A stretch of 64,000 nucleotides of DNA from Pecten maximus (lineage: Eukaryota). Numbering within the stretch: the stretch's first letter is position 1; every line of letters starts with the position of its first letter. Both the position numbers and the translations under genes were made by a program. The notes under the pieces were generated by a model. That model saw only the letters and a list, made by a program, of their open reading frames with translations, did not search any database and had not been told where the DNA came from. The stretch spans positions 9,238,001 to 9,302,000 of the forward strand of contig NC_047019.1 of the NCBI RefSeq assembly GCF_902652985.1, in the 5' to 3' direction. Positions 39,901 through 51,900 of this stretch are shown here, in pieces.

Positions 39901-42900
39901 GAGAATTCGTTACAGTTTACATGTATTTGGACCAAATAATAAAGTATTAGTACCCTATATAACGGTGGTTCGCGTTGCAAAATAACACTTCTGTTTTTTT
40001 CAGTATTCCGTCTCTTAGATACGGGATCATTTTCACCTGATGAAAGACACCATTTTGGTCACTTTATAAACAAAACAACAAAAAAACAACAAAAAACAAA
40101 AGCAAACAATAAAAAACAAAAGCAAACAATAAAAAACAACAACAACAGCAAAAAACAAACAAACAACTACAAAAAACTACAATAATCATTATTATAGTCT
40201 TACCTTCCGGTATACCGTAGCTATCCAGTCTCATTCTGTGAGTCCGGCCGTCTACATACCAACCCATGGGGATGTATTCCTGCTCGGTCTGCACGTAAAC
40301 ACACGCCTACAAATTTTCCCAGAATTTTAAAACCAATAATATGACCTTTGATTATTCAAGAAATATTTCTGACCTAAATGTTTGAAATCCATCTTGCATG
40401 TCTCCTTGAATGTCTTCCTGGAGTGCACATATCTTTGTCTTAAATTTACTGTGGCTAAACAAGGTTTCTAGATCAGATATCTTAACAAGGAGAGTACATG
40501 TATGTCATTTCGATTGCACTGAATAGAAATACAGTAATCCCCTAATATGGACACATTTCCGTCCGGATGGTGAGTTTTCCGGACTATCTGCGTCCGGATT
40601 ATCGCGGGTCCACTGTATATGCATCTTTGCTAGCCAGGGTACGTGGAGTGTAACGTAATCATATGTCGACAATATTTCCTTAAAACCACTCGGGTCTTTC
40701 CGTCATGCGTCGGTAAACACTTCGTTTTTTAACATTGGCGAATACGTGCGAGTTTTTTTGCGTTTTTTCCCGATTTGCACGTGTTATGTATTGCAATAAA
40801 CGACAATTTTGGAAAGAGATTGAACAAGTCAAGTGATAAAATGTTCCCGCGTTTCGTAGTATAGCGGCCCGAATAGTTTGTCTTGTTCTACGCGTTCTAG
40901 CTAGTGTAGCACGTGCTGTGTGCTATTACGTTTTGGAGTTAATGCAAGTTGGGGTCATTTCTAGCCGTCGTCCCGTACTGAGCGGTCATACCATTTTTTG
41001 TTTTTCGTTTTTTGCTGTATTGTAGGTTCATAACGGTCAGTGTCCGTGTTGTATAGTAGTATCTAACATAGGTTCGTTTTTGCCAGTGTCCGTAATGTAC
41101 AGGAGTATCTAACATAGGTTCGTTATGGTCAGTGTCCGTATTGTACAGTAGTATCTAACATAGGTTCGTTATGGCCAGTGTCCGTGTTGTACAGTAGTAT
41201 CTAACATAGGTTCGTTATGGCCAGTGTCCGTGTTGTACAGTAGTATCTAACATAGGTTCGTTATGGCCAGTGTCCGTATTGTACAGTAGTATCTAACATA
41301 GGTTCGTTATGGCCAGTGTCCGTATTGTACAGTAGTATCTAACATAGGTTCGTTATGGCCAGTGTCCGTAATGTACAGGAGTATCTAACATAGGTTCGTT
41401 ATGGTCAGTGTCCGTATTGTACAGTAGTATCTAACATAGGTTCGTTATGGCCAGTGTCCGTGTTGTACAGTAGTATCTAACATAGGTTCGTTATGGCCAG
41501 TGTCCGTGTTGTACAGTAATATCTAACATAGGTTCGTTATGGCCAGTGTCCGTATTGTACAGTAGTATCTAACATAGGTTCGTTATGGTCAGTGTCCGTA
41601 TTGTACAGTAGTATCTAACATAGGTTCGTTATGGCCAGTGTCCGTGTTGTACAGTAGTATCTAACATAGGTTCGTTATGGTCAGTGTCCGTATTGTACAG
41701 TAGTATCTAACATAGGTTCGTTATGGCCAGTGTCCGTGTTTTACAGGAGGATCTAACATAGGTTCGTTATGGTCAGTGTCCGTGTTGTACAGTAGTATCT
41801 AACATAGGTTCGTTATGGTCAGTGTCCGTATTGTACAGGAGGATCTAACATAGGTTCGTTATGGTCAGTGTCTGTATTGTACAGTAGTATCTAACATAGG
41901 TTCGTTATGGCCAGTGTCCGTATTGTACAGGAGGATCTAACATAGGTTCGTTATGGCCAGTGTCCGTGTTGTACAGTTGTATCTAACATAGGTTCGTTAT
42001 GGCCAGTGTCCGTATTGTACAGGAGGATCTAACATAGGTTCGTTATGGCCAGTGTCCGTATTGTACAGGAGGATCTAACATAGGTTCGTTATGGCCAGTG
42101 TCCGTGTTGTACAGTTGTATCTAACATAGGCTCGTTATGGCCAGTGTCCGTATTGTACAGGAGGATCTAACATAGGTTCGTTATGGCCAGTGTCCGTATT
42201 GTACAGGAGTATCTAACATAGGTTCGTTATGGCCAGTGTCCGTATTGTACATTGGTATCTAACATAGGTTCGTTATGGCCAGTGTCCGTATTGTACAGGA
42301 GGATCTAACATAGGTTCGTTATGGCCAGTGTCCGTGTTGTACAGTAGTATCTAACATAGGTTCGTTATGGTCAGTGTCCGTATTGTACAGGAGGATCTAA
42401 CATAGGTTCGTTATGGCCAGTGTCTGTATTGTACAGTAGTATCTAACATAGGTTCGTTATGGCCAGTGTCCGTAATGTACAGGAGGATCTAACATAGGTT
42501 CGTTATGGTCAGTGTCCGTATTGTACAGGAGTATCTAACATAGGTTCGTTATGGCCAGTGTCCGTATTGTACAGGAGGATCTAACATAGGTTCGTTATGG
42601 TCAGTGTCCGTATTGTACAGGAGTATCTAACATAGGTTCGTTATGGCCAGTGTCCGTATTGTACAGGAGTATCTAACATAGGTTCGTTATGGTCAGTGTC
42701 CGTATTGTACAGGAGTATCTAACATAGGTTCGTTATGGCCAGTGTCCGTATTGTACAGGAGGATCTAACATAGGTTCGTTATGGCCAGTGTCTGTATTGT
42801 ACAGTAGTATCTAACATAGGTTCGTTATGGTCAGTGTCCGTATTGTACAGGAGGATCTAACATAGGTTCGTTATGGTCAGTGTCCGTATTGTAGAGGAGT

Positions 42901-45043
42901 ATCTAACATAGGTTCGTTATGGCCAGTGTCCGTATTGTACAGGAGGATCTAACATAGGTTCGTTATGGTCAGTGTCCGTAATGTACAGGAGTATCTAACA
43001 TAGGTTCGTTATGGCCAGTGTCCGTATTGTACAGTAGTATCTAACATAGGTTCGTTATGGCTAGTGTCCGTATTGTACAGTAGTATCTAACATAGGTTCG
43101 TTATGGCCAGTGTCCGTATTGTACAGTAGTATCTAACATAGGTTCGTTATGGTCAGTGTCCGTATTGTACAGTAGTATCTAACATAGGTTCGTTATGGTC
43201 AGTGTCCGTATTGTACAGTAGTATCTAACATAGGTTCGTTTTTGCCAGTGTCCGTAATGTACAGGAGTATCTAACATAGGTTCGTTATGGTCAGTGTCCG
43301 TGTTGTACAGTAGTATATAACATAGGTTCGTTATGGCCAGTGTCCGTATTGTACAGGAGTATCTAACATAGGTTCGTTATGGTCAGTGTCCGTAATGTAC
43401 AGTAGTATCTAACATAGGTTCGTTATGGCCAGTGTCCGTATTGTACAGTAGTATCTAACATAGGTTCGTTATGGCTAGTGTCCGTATTGTACAGTAGGAT
43501 CTAACATAGGTTCGTTATGGTCAGTGTCCGTATTGTACAGTAGTATCTAACATAGGTTCGTTATGGTCAGTGTCCGTATTGTACAGTAGTATCTAACATA
43601 GGTTCGTTATGGCCAGTGTCCGTATTGTACAGGAGGATCTAACATAGGTTAGTTATGGCCAGTGTCCGTATTGTACAGGAGTATCTAACATAGGTTCGTT
43701 ATGGTCAGTGTCCGTATTGTACAGGAGGATCTAACATAGGTTCGTTATGGTCAGTGTCCGTGTTGTACAGTAGTATATAACATAGGTTCGTTATGGTCAG
43801 TGTCCGTAATGTACAGGAGTATCTAACATAGGTTCGTTATGGTCAGTGTCCGTATTGTACAGTAGTATCTAACATAGGTTCGTTATGGCCAGTGTCCGTG
43901 TTGTACAGTAGTATCTAACATAGGTTCGTTATGGTCAGTGTCCGTGTTGTACAGTAGTATCTAACATAGGTTCGTTATGGCCAGTGTCTGTATTGTACAG
44001 GAGTATCTAACATAGGTTCGTTATGGCCAGTGTCCGTATTGTACAGGAGTATCTTACATAGGTTCGTTATGGCCAGTGTCCGTATTGTACAGGAGTATCT
44101 AACATAGGTTCGTTATGGTCAGTGTCCGTATTGTACAGGAGTATCTAACATAGGTTCGTTATGGCCAGTGTCCGTATTGTACAGGAGGATCTAACATAGG
44201 TTCGTTATGGCCAGTGTCCGTATTGTACAGGAATATTTAACATAGGTTCGTTATGGCCAGTGTCCGTATTGTACAATTATATCTAACATAGGTTCGTTAT
44301 GGCCAGTGTCCGTATTGTACAGGAGTATCTAACATAGGTTCGTTATGGCCAGTGTCCGTGTTGTACAGTTGTATCTAACATAGGTTCCAATGTTACACCT
44401 GAGGATAACTTGCAGAAGTAGTTAGACTGAACTCTCCTTTGCCATTGGACGCAGGTTTCCGGAAATTTATCCGGTTTTTCCTGAGCGAGCGAGCAGGTTG
44501 ATCTCGGCGAAGGAGATTTTTACTCCTTGAAAAATGTAATCATATTATAGTAGTTACATTCTTTGTCCTTATATCACTTGTATAATCAATGTGTTTTTTT
44601 CATATTTGACATTACACGCCGACCGCTATTTAAACGGCGGGCTAGACGGCAAATGGATATTTGTGTTTTTGTTTTATGTTGAAGGCAGATTTTAGTGTAG
44701 AGAAGACTGACATCTTCCGGTGGTAGATTGATAGATAGGAAGTCGGTATTTCATAGTTCGTCAATATCTCGCTTACCAGCGTGAATATGCGTATAATCAG
44801 GGTTAGTGCGTGTTGGTGGTATGTTATTTCATCGAGATTACACTATAAATTCAAATGTGTATCCCCCTATCATCATCAGGCATCATTTGAGTAAAATTCA
44901 AAATAATTTAAATTTCAAATATATACAAACTCTATCAGAAATGATCTTACCTTATACGTAGTGGGCCATTCCGGCACATATACTTTCAGAGATGTCGCCA
45001 AGACAAAGAAAAGTGACAGCCATTGTATTATAAACAACTCCAT
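37000..45043 (-). CDS. Secreted ependymin-related / LolA-fold-like protein, 5 exons, 205 aa
   Basis: Exons 45043-44951 (MELFIIQWLSLFFVLATSLKVYVPEWPTTYK, signal peptide), 40306-40204 (..YIPMGWYVDGRTHRMRLDSYG..), 39038-38882 (..YLYHYDNGKEYDIF..QCTV), 37882-37724 (..LEFIEQ..YNHWR..NDYFFHVANGLPY) and 37105-37000 (..VFLVPDDVTCKTG*). All introns are GT-AG, phases 0/1/2/2 close exactly, total 618 nt. Family assigned by motif resemblance only. Confidence 0.82.
37490..37579. repeat. Perfect 43-bp inverted repeat with a 4-nt loop
   Basis: TGAACAACAAACGAGACCTGTCGCATAACATCCAGAGCAATTA-CTTT-TAATTGCTCTGGATGTTATGCGACAGGTCTCGTTTGTTGTTCA. Confidence 0.95.
38411..38480. repeat. Short palindromic element; one arm recurs at 40682-40705
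   Basis: AAAACCACTCGGG..CCGTCATAT / ATATGACGG..CCCGAGTGGTTTT. Confidence 0.65.
39785..39856. mobile_element. Short TAG...CTA hairpin MITE (Academ-like termini); other copies at 53235-53341 and 62111-62184
   Basis: TAGCCCGAGTTT..CTGGCCCTG ... CAGGGCCA..AAACTCGGGCTA at three dispersed sites. Confidence 0.75.
41020..44387. repeat. 46-bp satellite (GGTTCGTTATGGCCAGTGTCCGTATTGTACAGTAGTATCTAACATA), ~73 units, inside intron 1 of the ependymin-like gene
   Basis: Direct 46-nt periodicity; substitutions only, no length variants seen. Confidence 0.99.
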
Positions 45044-45632
45044 TGTAAATTGTATACATATATATAACCATTATATATCTATTTATAGCTGTTTGTACAC
45101 GTATGATAGATGGGTATGTGGGTCACACCTGTACCGGGCAGATAACGCTGTTGATTAGCGATGTATATTTCAAGATAACAAGATTACTGGTCGGGTGGCG
45201 CGATATGGACCTATCATGCACTTACTTTCCATCGAAGCGACCATGGTTCGATTCCTAGATAGAACGTCAAAACACTTCAAAACACTAGGTCGTTAAATGT
45301 AATATCTAATTAATCTAGACTTGTTTTTATTTGGAAATGAAAATCTGTCCGTAGACATAAATAAAGAAGTTTTCAGACACGTGCATATTTCATCAAATCC
45401 AGCAACAAGTTTTTAGTAAAATGTATTGATTGTATAATATGATTTGGATGCCTTGTTAAATGTTACCATGTAAGTATCAATACATATGTATATGAACTGT
45501 ATTAGAGGAAAAGGTGTTGAAAAGTTGGAAAAACTTGTGACTAATCCTCTGCTCAATTTTGGGGCAATAGATATGATTTAAATTATATGCTGAAGGACTA
45601 AATTTCACTTCGTAAATTTTTATTTATTCCAT

Positions 45633-45763
45633 TGTAACAGAGCGCATGATTGGTTAAATTTGAATCACTGCCTCCACTAGAGATCGAACCCAGGCTTATG
45701 ATATCAACCGATCGAGCTATAGAGAAGATCTCTTTGGCCGAGCGGTATATTGCGGAAATTACA
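45633..45763 (-). mobile_element. Degenerate solo mini-LTR with a tRNA-like core (Helenus-like)
   Basis: TGTAA...TTACA termini; minus strand has TAGCTCGATCGG (A box) and GGTTCGATCTCTAGTGGAGGCA (B box, shared with 48021-48190); TSD not intact. Confidence 0.55.
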
Positions 45764-45933
45764 TTATAGTTTTCTAAAAATTGGTTGGCTTGATCGGACA
45801 GGTTTTACATTCGTAAATAGGCTAGTATAAGATACGACAAAAATATTTCATAATTTCCCGCGAATGAAACTCAAGCGCTTATTCAACGTTGATCTGTGAA
45901 AATCTCGATCTAAGAAAAGCTTGTTTCTACAAT

Positions 45934-48900
45934 ATGGGAAACAAAGAAAGTAAAGTTAGACTTAGAATAGAAGAAAAAGATACTGATAGCGAGGATGAGG
46001 ATGAAAAGAACGTACGAGAAGATATTGATACAGAGAGAGATGAAACACCGTCCCCGGTAACGCCTTATACGACAAAGACACAGGGACTGTCGCCGTCAAT
46101 GGTGGAGGTAACATTATCACAGGGGACTGTATAATGACTAAGTTTACAGTAAAGCGTCTGCTACAGTACCTGTCTATTGGTAATAATAAGAAATAATATG
46201 TTATTATAAGTTCATAAATTTATTCCGCAATTGTTGTAAAAGAAATAAAGTTTACATGACAAATTTACACATCTTAAATAATTGAATTTAATAAAAAAGA
46301 AAAGAGGTGTCGCTTACGAGTCAATCCATAGCTTATCCTGATGTTGTTGTTGTTGTTGTTGTACAATAATATAAAGGAAACTTTCGTGTTGTTGTTGTAC
46401 AATATAAAGGAAAATTTCGTGTTGTTGTTGTTGTTGTTGTACAATAATATAAAGGAAAATTTCGTGTTGTTGTTGTTGTTGTTGTCGTTGTACAATATAA
46501 AGGAACATTTCGTGTTGTTGTTGTCGTTGTCGTTGTACAATATAAAGGAAAATTTCGTGTTGTTGTTGTTGTTGTCGTTGTACAATATAAAGAAACATTT
46601 CGTGTTGTTGTTGTTGTTGTCGTTGTACAATATAAAGGAAAATTTCGTGTTGTTGATGTTGTACAATATAAAGGAAAATTTCGTGTTGTTGTTGTTGTTG
46701 TACAATATAAAGGAAAATTTCGTGTTGTTGTTGTTGTTGTTGTACAATATAAAGGAAAATTTCGTGTTGTTGTTGTTGTTGAACAATATAAAGGGAAATT
46801 TCGTGGTGTTGTTGATGTTGTACAATATAAAGGGAAATTTCGTGTTGTTGTTGTTGTTGTTTTTGTTGTTGTTGTTGTTGTTGTTGTTGTACAATATAAA
46901 GGGAAATTTCAAATATACAAGATCAAAACCCACAGAAGTAAAGTTGGTAGATTTAATTTCAGAAGGTCCGGCGCTGTCTGAGCTCCCTTCCGCTGACCAA
47001 ACTCGTACTTACTGACGAACTGGTAGAGAGACTGGCCAGTCTAGTTGTGGTCCGAGAATACGAAGCTGACCAAGATGTCATTTGTGAGGGTCAGTGTAAC
47101 ATAAAAGGATTTATTATGGTATTATTAAAATCTTCTCAGCATTGATAACAGCGGTAAATGATTACCAAATCCAAAGTTGATTTTTGCGGACGCTTCACTT
47201 TAATAAAATGAAATACAAACTGTTAGTGTTCATAACTGAGACATAATATGTAAGATATTGGTACTACAGAGACTAAGCTATAATCTTAAAAAGAGTTCAA
47301 ATTTTCGAGCTTTTCTTTGAAATAGAGAGCCTGACTTGAATTTATGGCATTTCAAGATATTCAAGAGGAAAACGAGATTCAAAATTTTAGAATAGTTAAA
47401 TTCCTATGCAATTTACATGAAACTTGCATATCATTATAATATATGCAAACTATTTACTCTCTTCAAACACAGAAGTAAAATTTGCCATGATGGGTCTGCA
47501 ATTCAGGAAACACGTTTTCTCTTTACATAGGTTTAAAGTCGACTGGGATATTCATTATAGATGAGGGTCGTGTAGAGGTCATGACCTCGGCTGGGGAGGT
47601 CATCGCAGACCTATCCAAGGGAGACTATTTTGGGGAAGCATCTGTTATGTATAAAGTGCCCTGTACGGCCACAGTCCGAACAAACGGGAAATGTCGACTT
47701 CTTCTACTGGAGGAAAAGGTCAACCGGAAACTGCTAGGCAATGTCAAGATCAAAATGGAGATGATGGATTGGTTTGTTGCAAAGCGATATATTCCACTCA
47801 GCGCGAACATTGACCATGAAAGAACTATTCGCAGAATGGTGTTTACACATCTCAGAAAGGTTTTTCTTCTTCTTTCTTTTATTAAAAGGAATAAAAATAA
47901 CGGAACGATATTCTCATTTTTTAACGATTACACATACTATAAGCGATGTTTGAGAGCCGACACAGTTCATTTAAACCAACTATTGGTCTATTTTCGACAT
48001 TGAAAAGAAATTTATTGAAATGTGGCAGGTTTTAATTGTAAATAGTGTATGTACATAGCGATGTGGTTGCCTTCTAGCTTCGCGCTGGAGGGAATTTCCA
48101 TTTAGCTCAGTCCATAGAGCGGCGGACCAGTAAGCCGAGGGTCGCTGGTTCGATCCTCAGTGGAGGCACACTACTTTCTTTCCTGTTACAGAAATATAGA
48201 AAGTACATGTGTACAACCTAGCAAAACATATATTCTTTGTTGTATAAAGAAGTTCGTTGGAAAGGATCAAAACCATCTGTTTTGAAAGAATTTGTTTTGT
48301 AGGTCCCAGTCTTTGCTGACTGGTCGGATACGGCATTGAGAAGCCTCGTGTTGGAGATAAAACCGGCCCTCATTGTCCTATACCCACCAGGCTCTGTGGT
48401 GGCGATGCACGGCGACCCACCAGTCACTATCAACGTCATCATCAGGGGGAGGTAATTCACGACAACTATCAAATTAAATCGTGAGAGGGGGATAGTTTGA
48501 AAAAAACAGTCGTCTGAAAGGGAGGGATAAGGCCGAAAACGATCCTTAACGTCCTTTTCACTGGAAATACGAGTTTACTTTTAACAAAACAATCTTGACA
48601 TAGCCTACATGTAGAAAGGAAATAAAATTTATGGCATAATTTCTACTTTTTGAAAAATCAAGATCTTGTTCTAACAAACCAAACAGTTTTTTTTTCTATG
48701 CAGCGATCACGTGTAGCGAGATATTTTATGTAAACTTATTTTCGTTTTATGTGATGGTTGGTCACAATACTTTACCTTTCGACCTTCACCATAGAGCGGT
48801 TTTATGTAACCGAGATCGAGTGACCTTGGCGGATGTTGACGCACACACTGATCCTGTCGTCATTGGAGAGGAAGGTATTTATATATTTTTTTTTAATTTT

Positions 48901-51900
48901 TATCTTTTCATTTTCATCAGTTTATTTATTTTCTTATTATCATTGAATTATTTATTTCCTTTTTCTTTTCTTTTTTGAAAACTTATATTATAGAATAACA
49001 TATGGGAATAAGCAGAACCTTGTCTAACACCAGTTAACTTATTTTTGATAAAAAGCAGTCGGTGTCACATGAAATAATGACCCGAGTGAAAAACTGCCCG
49101 GGGATATTATTCTGCTTTTAGTGATATATTAGATGGAGTTGTGCATTTTTTTTTTTTTTTTTTTTAGTTTTTGTTGTTTTGTTTTTAATTCGAGATTGTG
49201 TTTCAGCTTCATTACTCTTATTACGCGAGGAAAGTCAATCGCATCAACATACATTTAAATCCGTAATACATACAAAAATGTATCTATTATCAGGAATTTT
49301 GATGGAGGTAAAAAACGAAGTGACTGTTCCTCACCAAGACTTGCTGTGAGGTTATTCCGATCCGGACGGAGTGGATACAAAATGTCGTTCATCATGTACG
49401 TACAATGTTGTTACAGTGGAATTTTCTTAAGTAGACAGCCCGAGGGCTGTTTTGTATCTCCAAAGGAGGAGAGCTCTACAATCTCTTCCTCGTTACTTTC
49501 TGACATGCGATGCCTAATACACCAGTGATATGTTCTGGATCGGGAGCATTTTGAGGTGTCGATACTTCAAGCTGGCTCCAATTTGTCATTTTTATGATCT
49601 GGATTTTGATGTGCGACACATGAAAAGATTTCGTTTAGTGAATGGTTCACATTCATCAACATAGTTGGGGGTGGCCGGGGTTCGATTCACCTATCCTCAA
49701 TTAGAAATTAAGGTGCTACACCTGCTCGGTCACGTGAGTTTTCTCTGGGTATTACACAGTTTCCTCCCATATTTAGGCTCCTAGCCTTTGCCCTTCAACC
49801 AGGAAAACAAGTTTGGTTAACAAATACCGAATCTAGATTAAGTTTATATATCGAAACGTCCATTAACACTTTGGCATTTGCACGCACGGGATATTTTCAA
49901 ATGTCTTGGCTATCGTAGAACATGGCTTTGTACATGTCAGGTTAGCAACCACCTTCGGCCAACGCCAGCCTAAGAGTTCATGGTTGTTATTTCAACTACT
50001 ACCCAAAATATTACTCTTACTGTATCTTATTGTATTTTCTAGTACTGTTTATATATCATCTGATTGTATTTGTATTCTCTGTGTCTTGACAAAGGTGCGG
50101 ATTGCCTCGAAAATTTGACATTTTTCATGCCCACACTGTTAGAAATACTTTGCTCCATATATATATATCTTGAATAAGATGAAATTAGTAGTTTAAAGTT
50201 ACTTGTACATCTATGACTTTTATAAAGCATCCAGATGAAGCCGGAACAGCCTGGAGTTTCATGCAGGAAAAGTGGTCGGCACAAGCTAACAAGAAATCTA
50301 AAATATATTCCAAGTTCCTGGCTAATCTTCAATTTGAGGTATAGTACAATGGCATGTCGACTTGAACCACAATACATTGATAAGTTAATAGATAAGTAGA
50401 TACTTAAAAATATATGTCCATGTTGATTTAAACAGACAGCAACTTTTTTCATTAATTAAGCTATTTTCTTTATATTTTGTTCCAATCTCCCCTTTAAATT
50501 AGCCTTACCTAATCATTAGAATTACTAAAACTGTAGTTTTACCGTTCATTGAAAACGGTGTTTTAGCGAGCAATTGGCGGCGACTCAACCTACAAAAAAA
50601 TTACAAGTGGGGGGGGGTATATTTTCGAACCGATAATGTTTTCTTGAAGGCAACGATAAACACGTTATCTTGTACATCCGGAACATTCCGACTTTTATAC
50701 TAGTATATCAATCCTCAGACCTTTGTGTCGGTCGTCTGCACTAGCCTGGTAAGTCAATATTTATATCTTAATGCGAAATTTTGCTTAACTTCATCACATA
50801 GATTCAATAAGTTGATGATAATTTGTGAAGTTAATTGAGTTCATAATGAGAACAAGACAGAAACACAACATGAATAAGAATGTGCGGTTTTAACGTGAAT
50901 CGAGTGATATATTTACCAACAGGTACGAGGAAATACAAAAAAAATCGGCTCGCGCTTTATCACTAAATTACTGCCCCCCCCCCCCCCCCCCTTTCGATTG
51001 CAGATCCACAGGGGGGCTTTGCCACCCTGGTACCCGCTTGGCGGCCCCCAGACCTCTCGCAAAAAGGGGGGGAAAAAATCGCATGATCACTTAATTACTG
51101 GACCCCCTTTCGAAAACTCCTGGATCCGCGCCTGATCCCGAATTGTTGGAAATGTGCTATATTTCATTTTCCGCGGAGGGCTTAGACCCCCTTGAACCCC
51201 CTATCAGGGCGCTGCCCTGGACCCGCTGGGCGGCCCCTAAGACCCCTCGTTAAAAAAAAAAAAAAAAAAATCGGTTCGCGCCTACGGCGCTCGCATTATT
51301 ACTAAATTACTGGACCCCCCGCCCTTTCGAAAATCCTGGCCGGGCCTGGTGATTCATGTTTTGCCATAAATAATATATCCTGATTTGCGTAAATAACTTA
51401 TTTTGTACTACATTAATTATCAAAATTATCATGGGATGTTGAAATGATAATTATTGGCTAATTTTGCGGAGATGGCATACGATTTGTTTAGTGCGTAAAA
51501 TTTAAGGTTAAAAAAAATTTTGGCCCCCCAACTTTTTGACGACTTACGCCACTGTATTAACAATATTGAATGTAATCTATTATATATACATTTATCTATG
51601 TAGGTAATTTACCAGTTAATGAAGCAGAGTAGACTGTTTCGTCAGTGTTACGACAGGTGTGTGTATGACTTATGTCTAAATGGTGTTCCAATGGAGTTTT
51701 ATCCTGGAGAGCTCGTGTGTACGAAAGAGGAATATGGTAAGTTAAACAGGATTATCTCCCCTGAATTTATGGATATTTTTGACATATCCGGTCTTTGTCG
51801 AATCCGAATTACTGTCTATACCGGCATTTTTACATTGATTTAGCCTTCTTCAAATGATAGTATTAAAATCTTGTCTTAATCAGGACATCGTCTATTTTGG

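Noticed and set aside
40377-40480. AG/GT-bounded open segment (ISDLETLFSH..) in intron 1 of the ependymin-like gene
   Set aside because: Inclusion would shift exon 2 into a stop; no homology support, so not called without RNA data.
41020-44387. CRISPR-like appearance of the regular arrays
   Set aside because: Head-to-tail units with no unique spacers, no cas genes, and a spliceosomal-intron eukaryotic context.
46274-47015. Poly-N/Q/L ORFs
   Set aside because: Translations of an intronic (TTG)n compound repeat.
48095-48170. Functional tRNA-Thr gene
   Set aside because: Acceptor and anticodon stems are broken, and it is embedded in a TG..CA element with a TSD.
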